64,000 nucleotides of DNA from NCBI GenBank assembly GCA_017416185.1, contig JAFQDF010000035.1, forward strand, positions 51,521-115,520, read 5' to 3'. The position numbers were made by a program, and so were the translations under genes. The stretch comes from Clostridia bacterium. Lineage in GTDB: Bacteria > Bacillota > Clostridia > Oscillospirales > CAG-272. Below, one piece after another: positions 17,152 to 27,024 of the stretch. Each line of letters begins with the position of its first letter. The stretch's first letter is position 1. A model generated the notes under the pieces. It did not search any database, was not told the origin of the DNA, and was given only the letters and a program-made list of their open reading frames with translations.

Positions 17152-17885
17152 TTTTGTGTCTCCTTCAGGAGTATTTGTGCTATGTGTATGTCCTCGGGGG
17201 TGGTTATCTTTATATTACGGTAACCGCAGTCCACCAGCTTGACCCTTGCACCGAGAAATTCAACCAGAGAGTTATCGTCGGTGGCCTCAAAGCCTTTTTT
17301 GAGAGCCCAGAATGCGGCCGCACGGTAAAGGTCTGATCTGAATATCTGAGGTGTCTGGGCATACCAAACCTTTGAACGATCCGGAGTAGACACAACATAG
17401 CCCTTAGTGTCGGCGATCTTAACCGTATCCTTTGCAAGACAGGCAGCACTTGCCGCATCGCAACGCCTTGCCTCATACAGCACCCTTTCGATTTCTTCGG
17501 GGGTTATAAGACACCTTGCTCCGTCGTGTATGGCTACAAAATCGCATTTGTTGTCTATGACCTTGAAGCCGTTGAGGACCGACCCCTGCCTTGTGTCTGC
17601 ACCTGTTACGATACGTCTGATCTTTGTGAAGGAATATTTTTGTATAAAATTTCTGTATATGTTTTTCTCATCGGCCCTTGCCACTATTATAATATCCTTT
17701 ATTGAGGGGCATTTTTCAAAGGCGGCAATACTTCTTGCCACCACGGGTATCCCGTTGATCTCCATCATCTGCTTTGTGACAGAGGATTCCATACGGCTGC
17801 CGCTGCCTGCCGCTACTATTATTGCCGTAACGTGCTTTGCGGCTCTTTTCGGGCCGAGATTTTTAAGTAATTCCTTCAGTTTCAT
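17148..17885 (-). CDS. ispD: 2-C-methyl-D-erythritol 4-phosphate cytidylyltransferase
   Basis: [12 protein letters not shown] and VAIHDGARC motifs. ATG at 17885 (MKLKELL) has GGAG 6 nt upstream, and an alternative TTG lies at 17897. The stop overlaps the ispF start. Confidence 0.9.
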   Translation of the reverse strand: MKLKELLKNLGPKRAAKHVTAIIVAAGSGSRMESSVTKQMMEINGIPVVARSIAAFEKCPSIKDIIIVARADEKNIYRNFIQKYSFTKIRRIVTGADTRQGSVLNGFKVIDNKCDFVAIHDGARCLITPEEIERVLYEARRCDAASAACLAKDTVKIADTKGYVVSTPDRSKVWYAQTPQIFRSDLYRAAAFWALKKGFEATDDNSLVEFLGARVKLVDCGYRNIKITTPEDIHIAQILLKETQK

Positions 17886-17968
17886 ACACAACTCCAACTC
17901 TTTACTGTTGCTATTGTATCACATTTTTTAAAATTTGTACAGATAAATAAAAAAATCTTCAATTTACA

Positions 17969-17997
17969 TTGAAATATTCTTGTTTTTATGCTATAAT
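17969..17997 (+). promoter_or_regulatory. candidate promoter of cdaA operon
   Basis: TTGAAA - 17 nt - TGcTATAAT (extended -10), 35 nt upstream of the cdaA ATG. Confidence 0.6.
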
Positions 17998-18032
17998 GTA
18001 GACGGAGAATTATTTGTTCGGGGGACTAAACG

Positions 18033-18893
18033 ATGAGGTTTTTTGACTGGCTCGAAAACGCATGGACGTTTTTTATCAATCAGATAAAGTCTATCGGAAT
18101 AGCAGACGTTATCGATATTGCTATTGTTTCGGTTCTGATATATTATGTGTACAAGTTTATAAGAGATCGCCGTGCGGGTAAGCTTGCCATAGGTATAGGT
18201 ATGCTTGCTGTGCTTACTATGCTCAGCAACCTGCTTGAGCTTTCGGTGATAAACTTTTTTATGAGGAACGTTTTCCAGATAGGTCTGTTGGCAGCGGTGG
18301 TCATATTCCAGCCCGAGCTTCGTTCCTTGCTTGAAAACGTGGGCGGTGACTCCATCAAGAGGTTGCGTAGTTTCGGCGAGGATAAGGAGGATCAGCATAC
18401 TCTTAAGTTTATCAATGAGCTTTGTGAGGCGGTAGGTGAGATGTCTATGTCAAAGACCGGTGCGCTTATCGTTATCGAGCGTTCTACAAAGTTAGGTGAT
18501 ATTATTTCCACCGGTACGGTTATAAATGCTGATACCTCATCAATGCTTATCCGTAATATTTTCTTCAACAAATCACCTCTCCATGACGGTGCGGTGGTCA
18601 TCCGTGATACCCGTGTTTATGCGGCAGGATGCTTGTTACCCCTTGCAACCAAGAACAATATAACCAAGGAGCTCGGAACCCGCCACCGTGCGGCGATAGG
18701 TGCAAGTGAGGCAAGTGATGCTCTGGTTGTGGTGGTCTCTGAGGAGACAGGTACAATATCCCTTGCTCATAAGGGGCATATGCACAGGGGCTACGATGCG
18801 GTAAGGCTTAAGGCGAAGCTTGATTCTCTTCTTATCCAGGAGAAGAGCAAGAAAAAGCCCGTCAAAATAAAGAAAAACCGTGCTGCACAATAA
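18033..18893 (+). CDS. cdaA: diadenylate cyclase CdaA (DisA_N domain, membrane-anchored)
   Basis: Three N-terminal TM helices. GALIVIER, PLHDGAVVI and GTRHRAAIGASE motifs of DAC domains. Confidence 0.9.
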   Translation: MRFFDWLENAWTFFINQIKSIGIADVIDIAIVSVLIYYVYKFIRDRRAGKLAIGIGMLAVLTMLSNLLELSVINFFMRNVFQIGLLAAVVIFQPELRSLLENVGGDSIKRLRSFGEDKEDQHTLKFINELCEAVGEMSMSKTGALIVIERSTKLGDIISTGTVINADTSSMLIRNIFFNKSPLHDGAVVIRDTRVYAAGCLLPLATKNNITKELGTRHRAAIGASEASDALVVVVSEETGTISLAHKGHMHRGYDAVRLKAKLDSLLIQEKSKKKPVKIKKNRAAQ

Positions 18894-18912
18894 CGGGGAA
18901 GGGAGAAGCATA

Positions 18913-20172
18913 ATGGCGATCAAAAAAGATGGTGTAGTTCTCGGCACAACCGAAGAGAACTCCCCAAAAAAAGGTTATAACGTTTTTCCGAAGATCATAT
19001 CCGTGGTGCTTGCATTCATTCTCTGGTTTTACGTAATGACGGTGGAAAGTCCTGTGAACGAGGAGGTTTTCCGCGGAATTCCCATTGAGGTGATGCTGCC
19101 CGCGGCAGGAGATCTGTCCCTGTATTCGGGGTATAATGCAACCGTTGATGTTACCGTCAGCGGCAAGAGAAGTGAGCTTAATCAGATCACTGCAGAGCAA
19201 ATCAAGGCCGTTGCGGATGCAACCACTTACACCCAGGCGGGTAAGCATTCCATACCTGTGGAGATCGAGCTGCCTGATAATATCAGATTTGTGGATAAGT
19301 CCATCAGTTTGGTGACGGTATATCTGGGTGCAAAGGCTACTGCCTCTGTTCCGATACAAATCAAATATGACGGTTACAGTATGGGTCATGGCCTTGAATT
19401 CGGCACAGACAGTGAAGTGAAAAAGAACCCCAGTGAGATTTTCCTTTCCGGACCCAGAAATATTCTTGAAACCATCACCACAGCCCGTGTGTCCATCAAC
19501 TGCGGCGTGGTAACATCTTCCTTTGAGGCGTCGGGTAAGGTTGAGCTTATAGATGCGGCAGGAGAGGTGGTTACCAACCCTTACGTTACCGCAGAGCCTG
19601 AATCTGTTGTTGTAAGTGTGCCTGTTTTTATGTCCAAGGAAATAGAGCTTAAGGTGGATTTCAAGAATGGTTATCTTGATTCCTCCAACTGTGACGTAGA
19701 GCTCTCACCCTCACACATAAGAGTAAGAGGACCTGTAGAGACCCTTTCAAAGCTTGACGAATACGTTTTCCATACCATCAACGAGAAGACTCTTACCTCG
19801 GAAAGCCTGAATGTTCCTCTGGAGCTGCCCGAAGGGGTAAAGTGTGTCGACGGCACAGAGAACGTTGATATCGGTATAACACATAAGGGAAGCTCAACCA
19901 AGAGCTTTACAATAGAGGAGCTCAAGGTCGAGAATCCCCAAAAGCTCAAATACACCTTGGCTGTTGATACGGTTAATATCACCCTCAGAGGAAAAAGTGA
20001 GGATATATCCGAGATAAGTGCTGAGGATATTACTCTTTCCATAGACCTTTCAGAGGTCAAGGATGATCCCGAGAGCATAACTCTGCCCATAAAGGTAGAG
20101 ATCGCAGAAAAATATTCAGGAAGCGTATATGAGCTTGGTGAATACAATATGGTGGTAACCTTCAAGAAATGA
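18913..20172 (+). CDS. cdaR: CdaA regulatory protein CdaR (YbbR-domain repeats)
   Basis: It lies immediately downstream of cdaA. It has an N-terminal TM helix and repeated YbbR-like modules. ATG at 18913 has a GAAGGGAGAAG SD, and the ORF-track GTG at 18880 is an alternative. Confidence 0.8.
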   Translation: MAIKKDGVVLGTTEENSPKKGYNVFPKIISVVLAFILWFYVMTVESPVNEEVFRGIPIEVMLPAAGDLSLYSGYNATVDVTVSGKRSELNQITAEQIKAVADATTYTQAGKHSIPVEIELPDNIRFVDKSISLVTVYLGAKATASVPIQIKYDGYSMGHGLEFGTDSEVKKNPSEIFLSGPRNILETITTARVSINCGVVTSSFEASGKVELIDAAGEVVTNPYVTAEPESVVVSVPVFMSKEIELKVDFKNGYLDSSNCDVELSPSHIRVRGPVETLSKLDEYVFHTINEKTLTSESLNVPLELPEGVKCVDGTENVDIGITHKGSSTKSFTIEELKVENPQKLKYTLAVDTVNITLRGKSEDISEISAEDITLSIDLSEVKDDPESITLPIKVEIAEKYSGSVYELGEYNMVVTFKK

Positions 20173-21734
20173 AAACAATAGTATTTAAGAATATACGACT
20201 GCCTTATACTGCCCCTTTGGGCGAGGCAGTCGATATTGCCCTAAAAAGGGCAAGGAACGCCGGTATAAAGATAAGCAGTCCCTATATATACAAGCGTTCC
20301 ATCGACTCAAGACACCGTGACAACATACTTTTTGTTTACTCTGTTGCGGCAAGCTGTGATAAAGTAAATGAAAAACAGCTTAAAAAGACGGATGCAAATA
20401 TCGAAAAGGACGGTTGGGTAACTCCGACACAGGGAAAAGAGCTTCTGTCGGCAAGACCGGTGGTTTGCGGATTTGGTCCTGCGGGTATGTTTGCTTCACT
20501 TCTCCTGGCGGAACAGGGCTACAGACCCATCGTTCTTGAGCGCGGTTCCTGTGTAAAGACCAGAGCCGAAAAGGTAGAGAACTTTATGAGGACGGGCGTT
20601 CTTGACACAAGCTGTAATATACAGTTCGGTGCAGGGGGCGCGGGTACCTTTTCTGACGGAAAGCTTGTTACCCGTATTTCAGATTCCGCCTGCAGATACG
20701 TATTTGACAGATTCGTGGAGTTCGGAGCTCCTGAGGAGATAATGTACGATGCCAAGCCTCATATCGGCACAGACAAGCTTCTCGGTATAGTGGATGCCAT
20801 ATCCCGCCGTGTTGTAGAGCTGGGGGGAGAAATATATTACGATACCGCCCTCAGAGCAATAAATAAAACAAATAACCGTGTATGTTCAGTTGTGACCGAC
20901 AAAGGGGAGATAGATTGCGGAGCCCTTATACTGGCGGTAGGAAACTCTGCAAGAGATACCTACAGGTACCTTATGGCTGAAAACTACGTTGTAGAGCCAA
21001 AGCCCTTTTCCGTAGGTGTTCGTATCGAGCATTTAAGAGAGGACATAGACCGTGCGATGTACGGTGATCATGCAGGAGATCCTCTGCTTGGGGCAGCACC
21101 CTATGCCTTTTCAAAAAGGGTAGGAGAGGATGCTGTATATACCTTCTGTATGTGTCCCGGCGGTGAGGTCATTGCCGCCGCCTCGGAAGAGAACACGGTG
21201 GTAACCAACGGTATGAGTCGATATGCACGTAACGGTGTGAATTCAAATGCCGCTATCGCTGTGTCGGTGCGCTCGGATGATCCTATTGCATATCAGGAGG
21301 CTCTTGAACAAAGAGGATATGCTGCGGGCGGAGGAGAGTATTATGCTCCATGCCAATCGGTGGGCGATTTCCTTGACGCAAGGCAGGGTGTGCTTCCACA
21401 CCGTATAAAGCCTACCTATATGGGAGGTAAGGTGAGAGCATATGATCTTAACAGCCTTTTTGAACGCCGTATATGTGATATGCTTAAGCTGGGAATAGCC
21501 TCCTTTGATAGAATTCTGCCCGGCTTCGCGGTAAGGGATGCTCTGCTTACAGGTCCGGAGACAAGGACAAGCGCACCTGTGCGTATAACAAGAAACGGGG
21601 ACCTTCTTGCTCTCGGTGTCGATAATCTCTATCCCTCGGGAGAGGGAGCAGGCTATGCGGGAGGAATAACCAGTGCCGCGGTTGACGGTCTGCGCTGTGC
21701 CGCCGCTCTTATTTCAAGATACAAAAGGAATTGA
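20169..21734 (+). CDS. FAD-dependent protein (COG2509-like uncharacterised dehydrogenase)
   Basis: Dinucleotide-binding fold VVCGFGPAGMFASLLLAEQGYRPIVLERG and C-terminal PSGEGAGYAGGI. ATGA overlap with cdaR. Confidence 0.7.
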   Translation: MKTIVFKNIRLPYTAPLGEAVDIALKRARNAGIKISSPYIYKRSIDSRHRDNILFVYSVAASCDKVNEKQLKKTDANIEKDGWVTPTQGKELLSARPVVCGFGPAGMFASLLLAEQGYRPIVLERGSCVKTRAEKVENFMRTGVLDTSCNIQFGAGGAGTFSDGKLVTRISDSACRYVFDRFVEFGAPEEIMYDAKPHIGTDKLLGIVDAISRRVVELGGEIYYDTALRAINKTNNRVCSVVTDKGEIDCGALILAVGNSARDTYRYLMAENYVVEPKPFSVGVRIEHLREDIDRAMYGDHAGDPLLGAAPYAFSKRVGEDAVYTFCMCPGGEVIAAASEENTVVTNGMSRYARNGVNSNAAIAVSVRSDDPIAYQEALEQRGYAAGGGEYYAPCQSVGDFLDARQGVLPHRIKPTYMGGKVRAYDLNSLFERRICDMLKLGIASFDRILPGFAVRDALLTGPETRTSAPVRITRNGDLLALGVDNLYPSGEGAGYAGGITSAAVDGLRCAAALISRYKRN

Positions 21735-22138
21735 AAATGATACAAAAAGGTAAGGTCATTTCCCTTGACGGGGAATATGCTGTAGTAGAGGTCATGCGTA
21801 CCTCGGGCTGTGTAGGATGCTCAAAGCAGGAGGGCTGTATCGCCTGTAAAAAGAAGATTAGCACTCTGGCATATAACCGAGTGGGTGCAGCGGTAGGGGA
21901 CAACGTTACCCTGGAAAGTGAATCAAAGACGGTTTTGTTCTATGCATTGGTGGTATTTGTGCTTCCTCTGGTGCTTGCAATAGGCGGATATATTGCCTCG
22001 TCCTTGCTTTTTTCTGCACAATTTGTGCAAATTTTGGTAAGTGCTTGCATTTTTGTACTTACTTATGTTATAATATATTTTATCCTTGACCGTAGGGTCG
22101 AGACTAAAAAAAGCGTTAGAATAACCCGAATAGATTAG
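21731..22138 (+). CDS. RseC/MucC-like (SoxR-reducing system) small membrane protein
   Basis: GKVISLDGEYAVVEVMRTSGCVGCS...C..C N-terminal domain followed by two TM helices. ATGA overlap with the upstream gene. Confidence 0.6.
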   Translation: MKMIQKGKVISLDGEYAVVEVMRTSGCVGCSKQEGCIACKKKISTLAYNRVGAAVGDNVTLESESKTVLFYALVVFVLPLVLAIGGYIASSLLFSAQFVQILVSACIFVLTYVIIYFILDRRVETKKSVRITRID

Positions 22139-22146
22139 GAGATCCC

Positions 22147-24258
22147 ATGAGAAGATGGCAGTTTGCTTATGACAACAGAATAGATGAAACTGCTATCGGC
22201 AGTCTGTGCAGCGAGCTTGATATACTTCCTGTCACTGCTAAGCTTCTGTGGCAGAGGGGATATACCACCCCTGAACTTGCGGGTGGATTTATCAGAAGTG
22301 AGGACAGCTATTTCCACGATCCCTTCCTGATGGCGGATATGGACAAGGCTGTAGAGCGTATACTTCTTGCCCTTGACCGCGGTGAGAAGGTTATGATATT
22401 CGGAGACTATGACGTGGACGGAGTTACCTCTGTGTCTACCCTTTATCTTTTCCTGCGCTCGGTGGGAATCAACTGTGATTATCATATCCCCAGCCGTATA
22501 GGAGAGGGCTACGGTATAAGCATAGGCGCCCTTGATCAGATAATAGCCGACGGGTATACCCTTATGATATCGGTGGATACCGGTATTACTGCCTGTGCCG
22601 AGATAGAATATGCCAAGAGCAAGGGGCTTGATACCGTGGTTACCGATCATCACGAATGTCACTCGGATATTCCCGTTGCCGTGGCAGTGGTCAATCCCAA
22701 GCGTCCCGACTGCACCTATCCCTTCAAGGAGCTTGCAGGTGTGGGGGTTGTATTCAAGGTGATAACCGCCCTGCGTATCAGACTCAATCAGCGCAAGGGT
22801 ACAGATGAAAACCCCTTTCGCAGTATATGTAACGAATATGCGGATCTTATAGCTACGGGTACTATTGCCGACGTTATGCCTCTTGTGGACGAAAACCGTC
22901 TTATAGTCAGCATAGGTCTTGCCCGTATGGAAACGGCTCCAAGAGTAGGTATGGCTGCACTGCTTGACAAGGCAGGCGCAGGCAAGACCAAGCGTATAAC
23001 CTCCTCAACTGTGGGTTATACTCTGGCACCCCGTATAAATGCTGCAGGCAGATTGAGCGAGGCCTCCATTGCCTGTGAGCTTATGCTTTGCTCAGACAGG
23101 GAAAAGGCGGACAGTCTTGCCCAGACCCTCTGCGATTTCAATGAGCAGCGCCGTGCGGAGGAAAATGCCATTGCAAAGGAAGCGGCTGAGATGATTGCCG
23201 CAGACTATGATTTTGAAAACAATCCCGTCATCGTGCTTGCCAAGGAAAACTGGCATCACGGTGTCATAGGTATAGTTTCCTCAAGACTTACCGATAAATA
23301 CGGACTTCCAACCATACTCGTTTCCTTTGATGAGGAGGGTATGGGTAAGGGAAGCGGCAGAAGCGTCAAGGGTCTGAACCTTGTAGAGGCTCTGAGTGAC
23401 GTCAGCGATACTCTTGAAAAATTCGGAGGTCATGAACTGGCGGCAGGCCTCAGTGTCAGAAGAGATAGGTTTGATGAGTTTTGCCGCCGTATAAATGAGT
23501 ATGCCCGTGAGCATTTTGATCACGATGCACATTCTCCTACCTGTAATGCCGACCTTGAGCTTGATGCTGAGGATATAGACCTGAGACAGGCAAACGAGCT
23601 GTTTTTACTTGAGCCCTTCGGCACCGATAATCCCGCACCTGTGTTTGTTATATGCGACGCGACGGTTACCGAGATAAGGGGGATAGGCTCAAACAAGCAC
23701 AGTCGTATCGGTATCACTAAAGGGAACCGAGCCTTCGGTTGTGTATATTTCGGAATGTCCCCCGAGGAGGCGTCTTTTAAGAGAGGGGACAGGGTAGACG
23801 TTGTATTCTCGCTTGAGATAAACGAGTACCGCGGAATCACCACACCTCAGATAAATATACGTCATATTCTTCCCGACAGAAGAACTGTAGAACGCTATGA
23901 AGAGCAGAAACAGCTTTACCGCAGGATAAAGAACGGCGCACATTATAGTATTACAGATTCAATTCTGCCTGCACGTAAGGAATTTGCCGCTCTTTACACC
24001 TATATCAAGCGTTGTGAAAAGAAGGGTTTATTCACCCTTTCAGAGCTTATTCGCGAGGCGTCCCTTACGGGAGAAAATGCCATATGCAAGCTGAGATTTA
24101 TGCTTGATGTATTCAGTGAAATGAAGCTTCTGACGGTAGAGAAATCAGAGGATGACTTTGAGGTCAAGTATAAGATAGGCGTAAGATTTGTAAGAGGAAA
24201 GGTAAACCTTGACAAATCGATAATATTACAGAATTTAAGATCAAAACAGGATAAATAA
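22147..24258 (+). CDS. recJ: single-stranded-DNA-specific exonuclease RecJ
   Basis: DHH family motifs IFGDYDVDGVTS, DTGIT, VVTDHHE and the DHHA1 GGHELAAG. Confidence 0.9.
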   Translation: MRRWQFAYDNRIDETAIGSLCSELDILPVTAKLLWQRGYTTPELAGGFIRSEDSYFHDPFLMADMDKAVERILLALDRGEKVMIFGDYDVDGVTSVSTLYLFLRSVGINCDYHIPSRIGEGYGISIGALDQIIADGYTLMISVDTGITACAEIEYAKSKGLDTVVTDHHECHSDIPVAVAVVNPKRPDCTYPFKELAGVGVVFKVITALRIRLNQRKGTDENPFRSICNEYADLIATGTIADVMPLVDENRLIVSIGLARMETAPRVGMAALLDKAGAGKTKRITSSTVGYTLAPRINAAGRLSEASIACELMLCSDREKADSLAQTLCDFNEQRRAEENAIAKEAAEMIAADYDFENNPVIVLAKENWHHGVIGIVSSRLTDKYGLPTILVSFDEEGMGKGSGRSVKGLNLVEALSDVSDTLEKFGGHELAAGLSVRRDRFDEFCRRINEYAREHFDHDAHSPTCNADLELDAEDIDLRQANELFLLEPFGTDNPAPVFVICDATVTEIRGIGSNKHSRIGITKGNRAFGCVYFGMSPEEASFKRGDRVDVVFSLEINEYRGITTPQINIRHILPDRRTVERYEEQKQLYRRIKNGAHYSITDSILPARKEFAALYTYIKRCEKKGLFTLSELIREASLTGENAICKLRFMLDVFSEMKLLTVEKSEDDFEVKYKIGVRFVRGKVNLDKSIILQNLRSKQDK

Positions 24259-24259
24259 C

Positions 24260-26485
24260 ATGGAAGACAAATATGCTCCGATAAGCAAATTACTCCTTGC
24301 CCTTGAGAAAACAGGTAAGAAGTATGATGTGGAAAAAATCAAAAAAGCATATCTCCATGCTGCAGAGTTTCACGAGGGACAGTTCCGCCAGAGCGGAGAG
24401 CCCTTCGTATATCACCCCATTGCGGTAGCGGAGATAGTTGCTACCCTTGAATTAGATACAGATTCCATCTGTGCGGCACTTCTTCACGATACGGTGGAGG
24501 ACTGCGGCGACAAGGTGGACGTGGGTGCTATCCGCCGTGAATACGGTGAAGAGGTAGCTATGCTGGTTGACGGTCTTACCAAGCTTGTGCAGATCCCCTT
24601 TGAGGACAAGGAGGATGAGCATGTAGAGAATCTGCGTAAGATGTTTTTGGCTATGTCCAAGGATATCCGCGTTATCTTCATCAAGCTCTGTGACCGACTT
24701 CACAATATGCGTACCCTCTCTGCCAAGAGACCGGAAAAGCAGAGGGTAACAGCCCTTGAAACAATGTACGTTTACGCTCCTTTGGCACACCGTCTCGGTA
24801 TGCAGCGTATAAAGCAGGAGCTTGAGAACATATCCCTTTCTTACCTTGACCCCATAGGCTATGCTCAGGTCAAGGAGGATATAGAAAAGCGTTACGGTCA
24901 GAGCCGTGACTTTATTGAGAACGCAAGGAACTCTATTTCCGAGAAGCTGGACGATTCCAAGCTGAAATATTCCCTTGAGGGACGTGTCAAGACGGTATAT
25001 TCCATATACAAAAAGATGTTTGAGAATAACAAGAGCTTTGAGGAGATATTTGACTTCTATGCTCTTCGTATTATCGTTGAGACCGAGCTTGAGTGCTACA
25101 CCGTGCTTGGTATAATCCACGATATGTTCAACTCTGTTCCCGGAAGATTCAAGGACTATATCTCCACCCCAAAGCCCAATATGTACCGCTCGCTTCATAC
25201 CACCGTTATCGGACGTGACGGTATTCCCTTTGAGGTTCAGATACGCACCTGGGAGATGCACCGTATCGCGGAATACGGCCTGGCAGCTCACTGGAAGTAT
25301 AAGACCGGTGCCGAGAGCCGTGCCGAGATAGATCAGAAGCTGCAGTGGGTGTCTAAGCTTATCGACGTTGAGGACGAGACCAACGACCACGATGAGTTTA
25401 TGCATGCCCTGAAGATAGACATATTCCATGATGAGACCTTTGTGTTCACCCCCAAGGGCGATGTTATTACCCTGCCGCAAGGCTCCACCGTCATCGACGT
25501 TGCTTATGCTATACATTCGGCTGTAGGTAACAAGATGGTGGGTGCCAAGATAAACGGTATGATAGTTCCTATCGACCGTGTGCCCCAGAACGGAGAGATA
25601 GTTGAGATACTTACCTCCAACGCGTCTAAAGGCCCCAGCCGTGACTGGCTTAAGATAATCAAGACAGGTGAGGCAAGGACCAAGATAAGACAGTGGTTCA
25701 AAAAGGAAAAGCAGGCAGAGAACATCCTTGTGGGCAGAACCGAGATAGACAAGGAGTTCAAAAAATTCAACCGTCCGTATACCGAGGAGCAGCGTGAGGA
25801 GATACTTTCAAATGTAGCTTCACGTATAGGCATACAGAGTGTCGAGAGCCTTTATAACACTATAGGCTACGGCGGTATAAGCATGAACAAGGTAGCCTCC
25901 AAGCTCCGTGATGAATTTGACCGTATAGTCAAGCCTTTGGTACAAGAGCCTGTAGAGGTCGATATAGAAAGTCTTAATAAGCAGGCAACTCCCCGTAAGA
26001 CCAGCAAGAGCGGCGGTGTTATCATTGACGGTGTTGACGGCTGTATGGTCAAGTTTGCCAAATGCTGTAACCCCCTGCCCGGTGACGAGCTTATCGGATT
26101 TATCACCAAGGGCTATGGAGTTTCCGTTCACAAGCGCGACTGCCCCAACGTTATCGCCAATATGAAGAAGGCGGAATACGAGGGCAGATGGGTCAGTGCT
26201 TACTGGGAACAGGGTGCAAGCCTTATGGGTACGTCCTCCCAGTTCTTCGAGGCGATGCTCCGTATTTTTGCCAAGGACAATATCGGTCTGCTTGCACAGA
26301 TCACGGTAGCACTTGCAGATATGCGAGTAAACCTCGTCTCTGTTTCCACCCAGAAGAGAGCGGACGGTGATATAATAATCAACCTTACAGTCAATGCCAA
26401 AAATCTTGAGCACGTCAACAGTATCGTATCAAGACTTAAGAGCATTGATAACATAGACGACGTAACGAGAGGATTCGGCTCATGA
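24260..26485 (+). CDS. relA: bifunctional (p)ppGpp synthetase/hydrolase RelA/SpoT
   Basis: HD hydrolase motif (HPIAVA..LHDTVED), synthetase YRSLHTTV, TGS (VFTPKGDVITLP) and a C-terminal ACT-like region. Confidence 0.95.
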   Translation: MEDKYAPISKLLLALEKTGKKYDVEKIKKAYLHAAEFHEGQFRQSGEPFVYHPIAVAEIVATLELDTDSICAALLHDTVEDCGDKVDVGAIRREYGEEVAMLVDGLTKLVQIPFEDKEDEHVENLRKMFLAMSKDIRVIFIKLCDRLHNMRTLSAKRPEKQRVTALETMYVYAPLAHRLGMQRIKQELENISLSYLDPIGYAQVKEDIEKRYGQSRDFIENARNSISEKLDDSKLKYSLEGRVKTVYSIYKKMFENNKSFEEIFDFYALRIIVETELECYTVLGIIHDMFNSVPGRFKDYISTPKPNMYRSLHTTVIGRDGIPFEVQIRTWEMHRIAEYGLAAHWKYKTGAESRAEIDQKLQWVSKLIDVEDETNDHDEFMHALKIDIFHDETFVFTPKGDVITLPQGSTVIDVAYAIHSAVGNKMVGAKINGMIVPIDRVPQNGEIVEILTSNASKGPSRDWLKIIKTGEARTKIRQWFKKEKQAENILVGRTEIDKEFKKFNRPYTEEQREEILSNVASRIGIQSVESLYNTIGYGGISMNKVASKLRDEFDRIVKPLVQEPVEVDIESLNKQATPRKTSKSGGVIIDGVDGCMVKFAKCCNPLPGDELIGFITKGYGVSVHKRDCPNVIANMKKAEYEGRWVSAYWEQGASLMGTSSQFFEAMLRIFAKDNIGLLAQITVALADMRVNLVSVSTQKRADGDIIINLTVNAKNLEHVNSIVSRLKSIDNIDDVTRGFGS

Positions 26486-26943
26486 AGGCTGTGATACAGA
26501 GAGTTTCCCATGCTGCTTGTCATGCTTTGGGAGAGGTAACGGGAGAATGCAACGAAGGACTTCTTATTCTTTTGGGTGTTGCTGCAGGTGACACCGAGGA
26601 GGATGCAAGACTCTTAGCGGAAAAAATTTCAAAATTAAGAATATTCAGTGACGAAAACGATAAATTAAATCTGTCCGTTATGGACGTAGGCGGCTCGGTG
26701 CTTGTCATAAGCAATTTCACTCTTATGGCAAACTATGCTCACGGCAACCGCCCCGATTATATGGGGGCAGAAAAGCCTCAACGCGCAAACGAGCTTTATG
26801 AGTATTTTATGAAGCTTCTTTCAGATAAGGGCATACCCGTGGGAAAGGGCGCGTTCGGCGAGCATATGGAGATAGTGACAAGCCTTCACGGACCTATCAC
26901 TATCGTTATGGAAAGTGAAGTATTAAGAAAAAAAGGTAAATAA
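26482..26943 (+). CDS. dtd: D-aminoacyl-tRNA deacylase
   Basis: MKAVIQRV..., SNFTL and GPITI motifs. ATGA overlap with relA. Confidence 0.95.
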   Translation: MKAVIQRVSHAACHALGEVTGECNEGLLILLGVAAGDTEEDARLLAEKISKLRIFSDENDKLNLSVMDVGGSVLVISNFTLMANYAHGNRPDYMGAEKPQRANELYEYFMKLLSDKGIPVGKGAFGEHMEIVTSLHGPITIVMESEVLRKKGK

Positions 26944-27000
26944 GAATGTGGATTTTGTCCTTTCGGACAAAATCGTCCATAATTTTGCATTTTGCATTCC
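26944..27000. repeat. minimal core-plus-7-mer element, copy E
   Basis: It starts directly after the dtd TAA: GAATGTG, hairpin GATTTTGTCC-tttc-GGACAAAATC, then GTCCATAATT TTGCATT TTGCATT. Confidence 0.75.
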
Positions 27001-27024
27001 GAATATTATTTTTTGGAGTCAACA

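Noticed and set aside
24452-25516. 354-aa ORF antisense to relA. Other large antisense ORFs are 60968..62203 (rhaA), 57598..58665 (mutS2/TIM barrel), 30521..31312 (mazG/hup), 33988..34773, 14741..15361 and 39655..40527.
   Set aside because: Each is fully overlapped by a gene with strong family motifs on the opposite strand, and none shows motifs, an SD or sensible boundaries.
26951-26974. Calling the GATTTTTG..CAAAAATC core hairpins ordinary rho-independent terminators.
   Set aside because: The U-rich strand is 5' and the A-rich strand 3' of the loop, on either strand. There is therefore no 3' U-tract. Several copies also sit between genes that must be co-transcribed. Only the secA copy (10471-10510) and copy G have a following T-run, and those were annotated as terminators.
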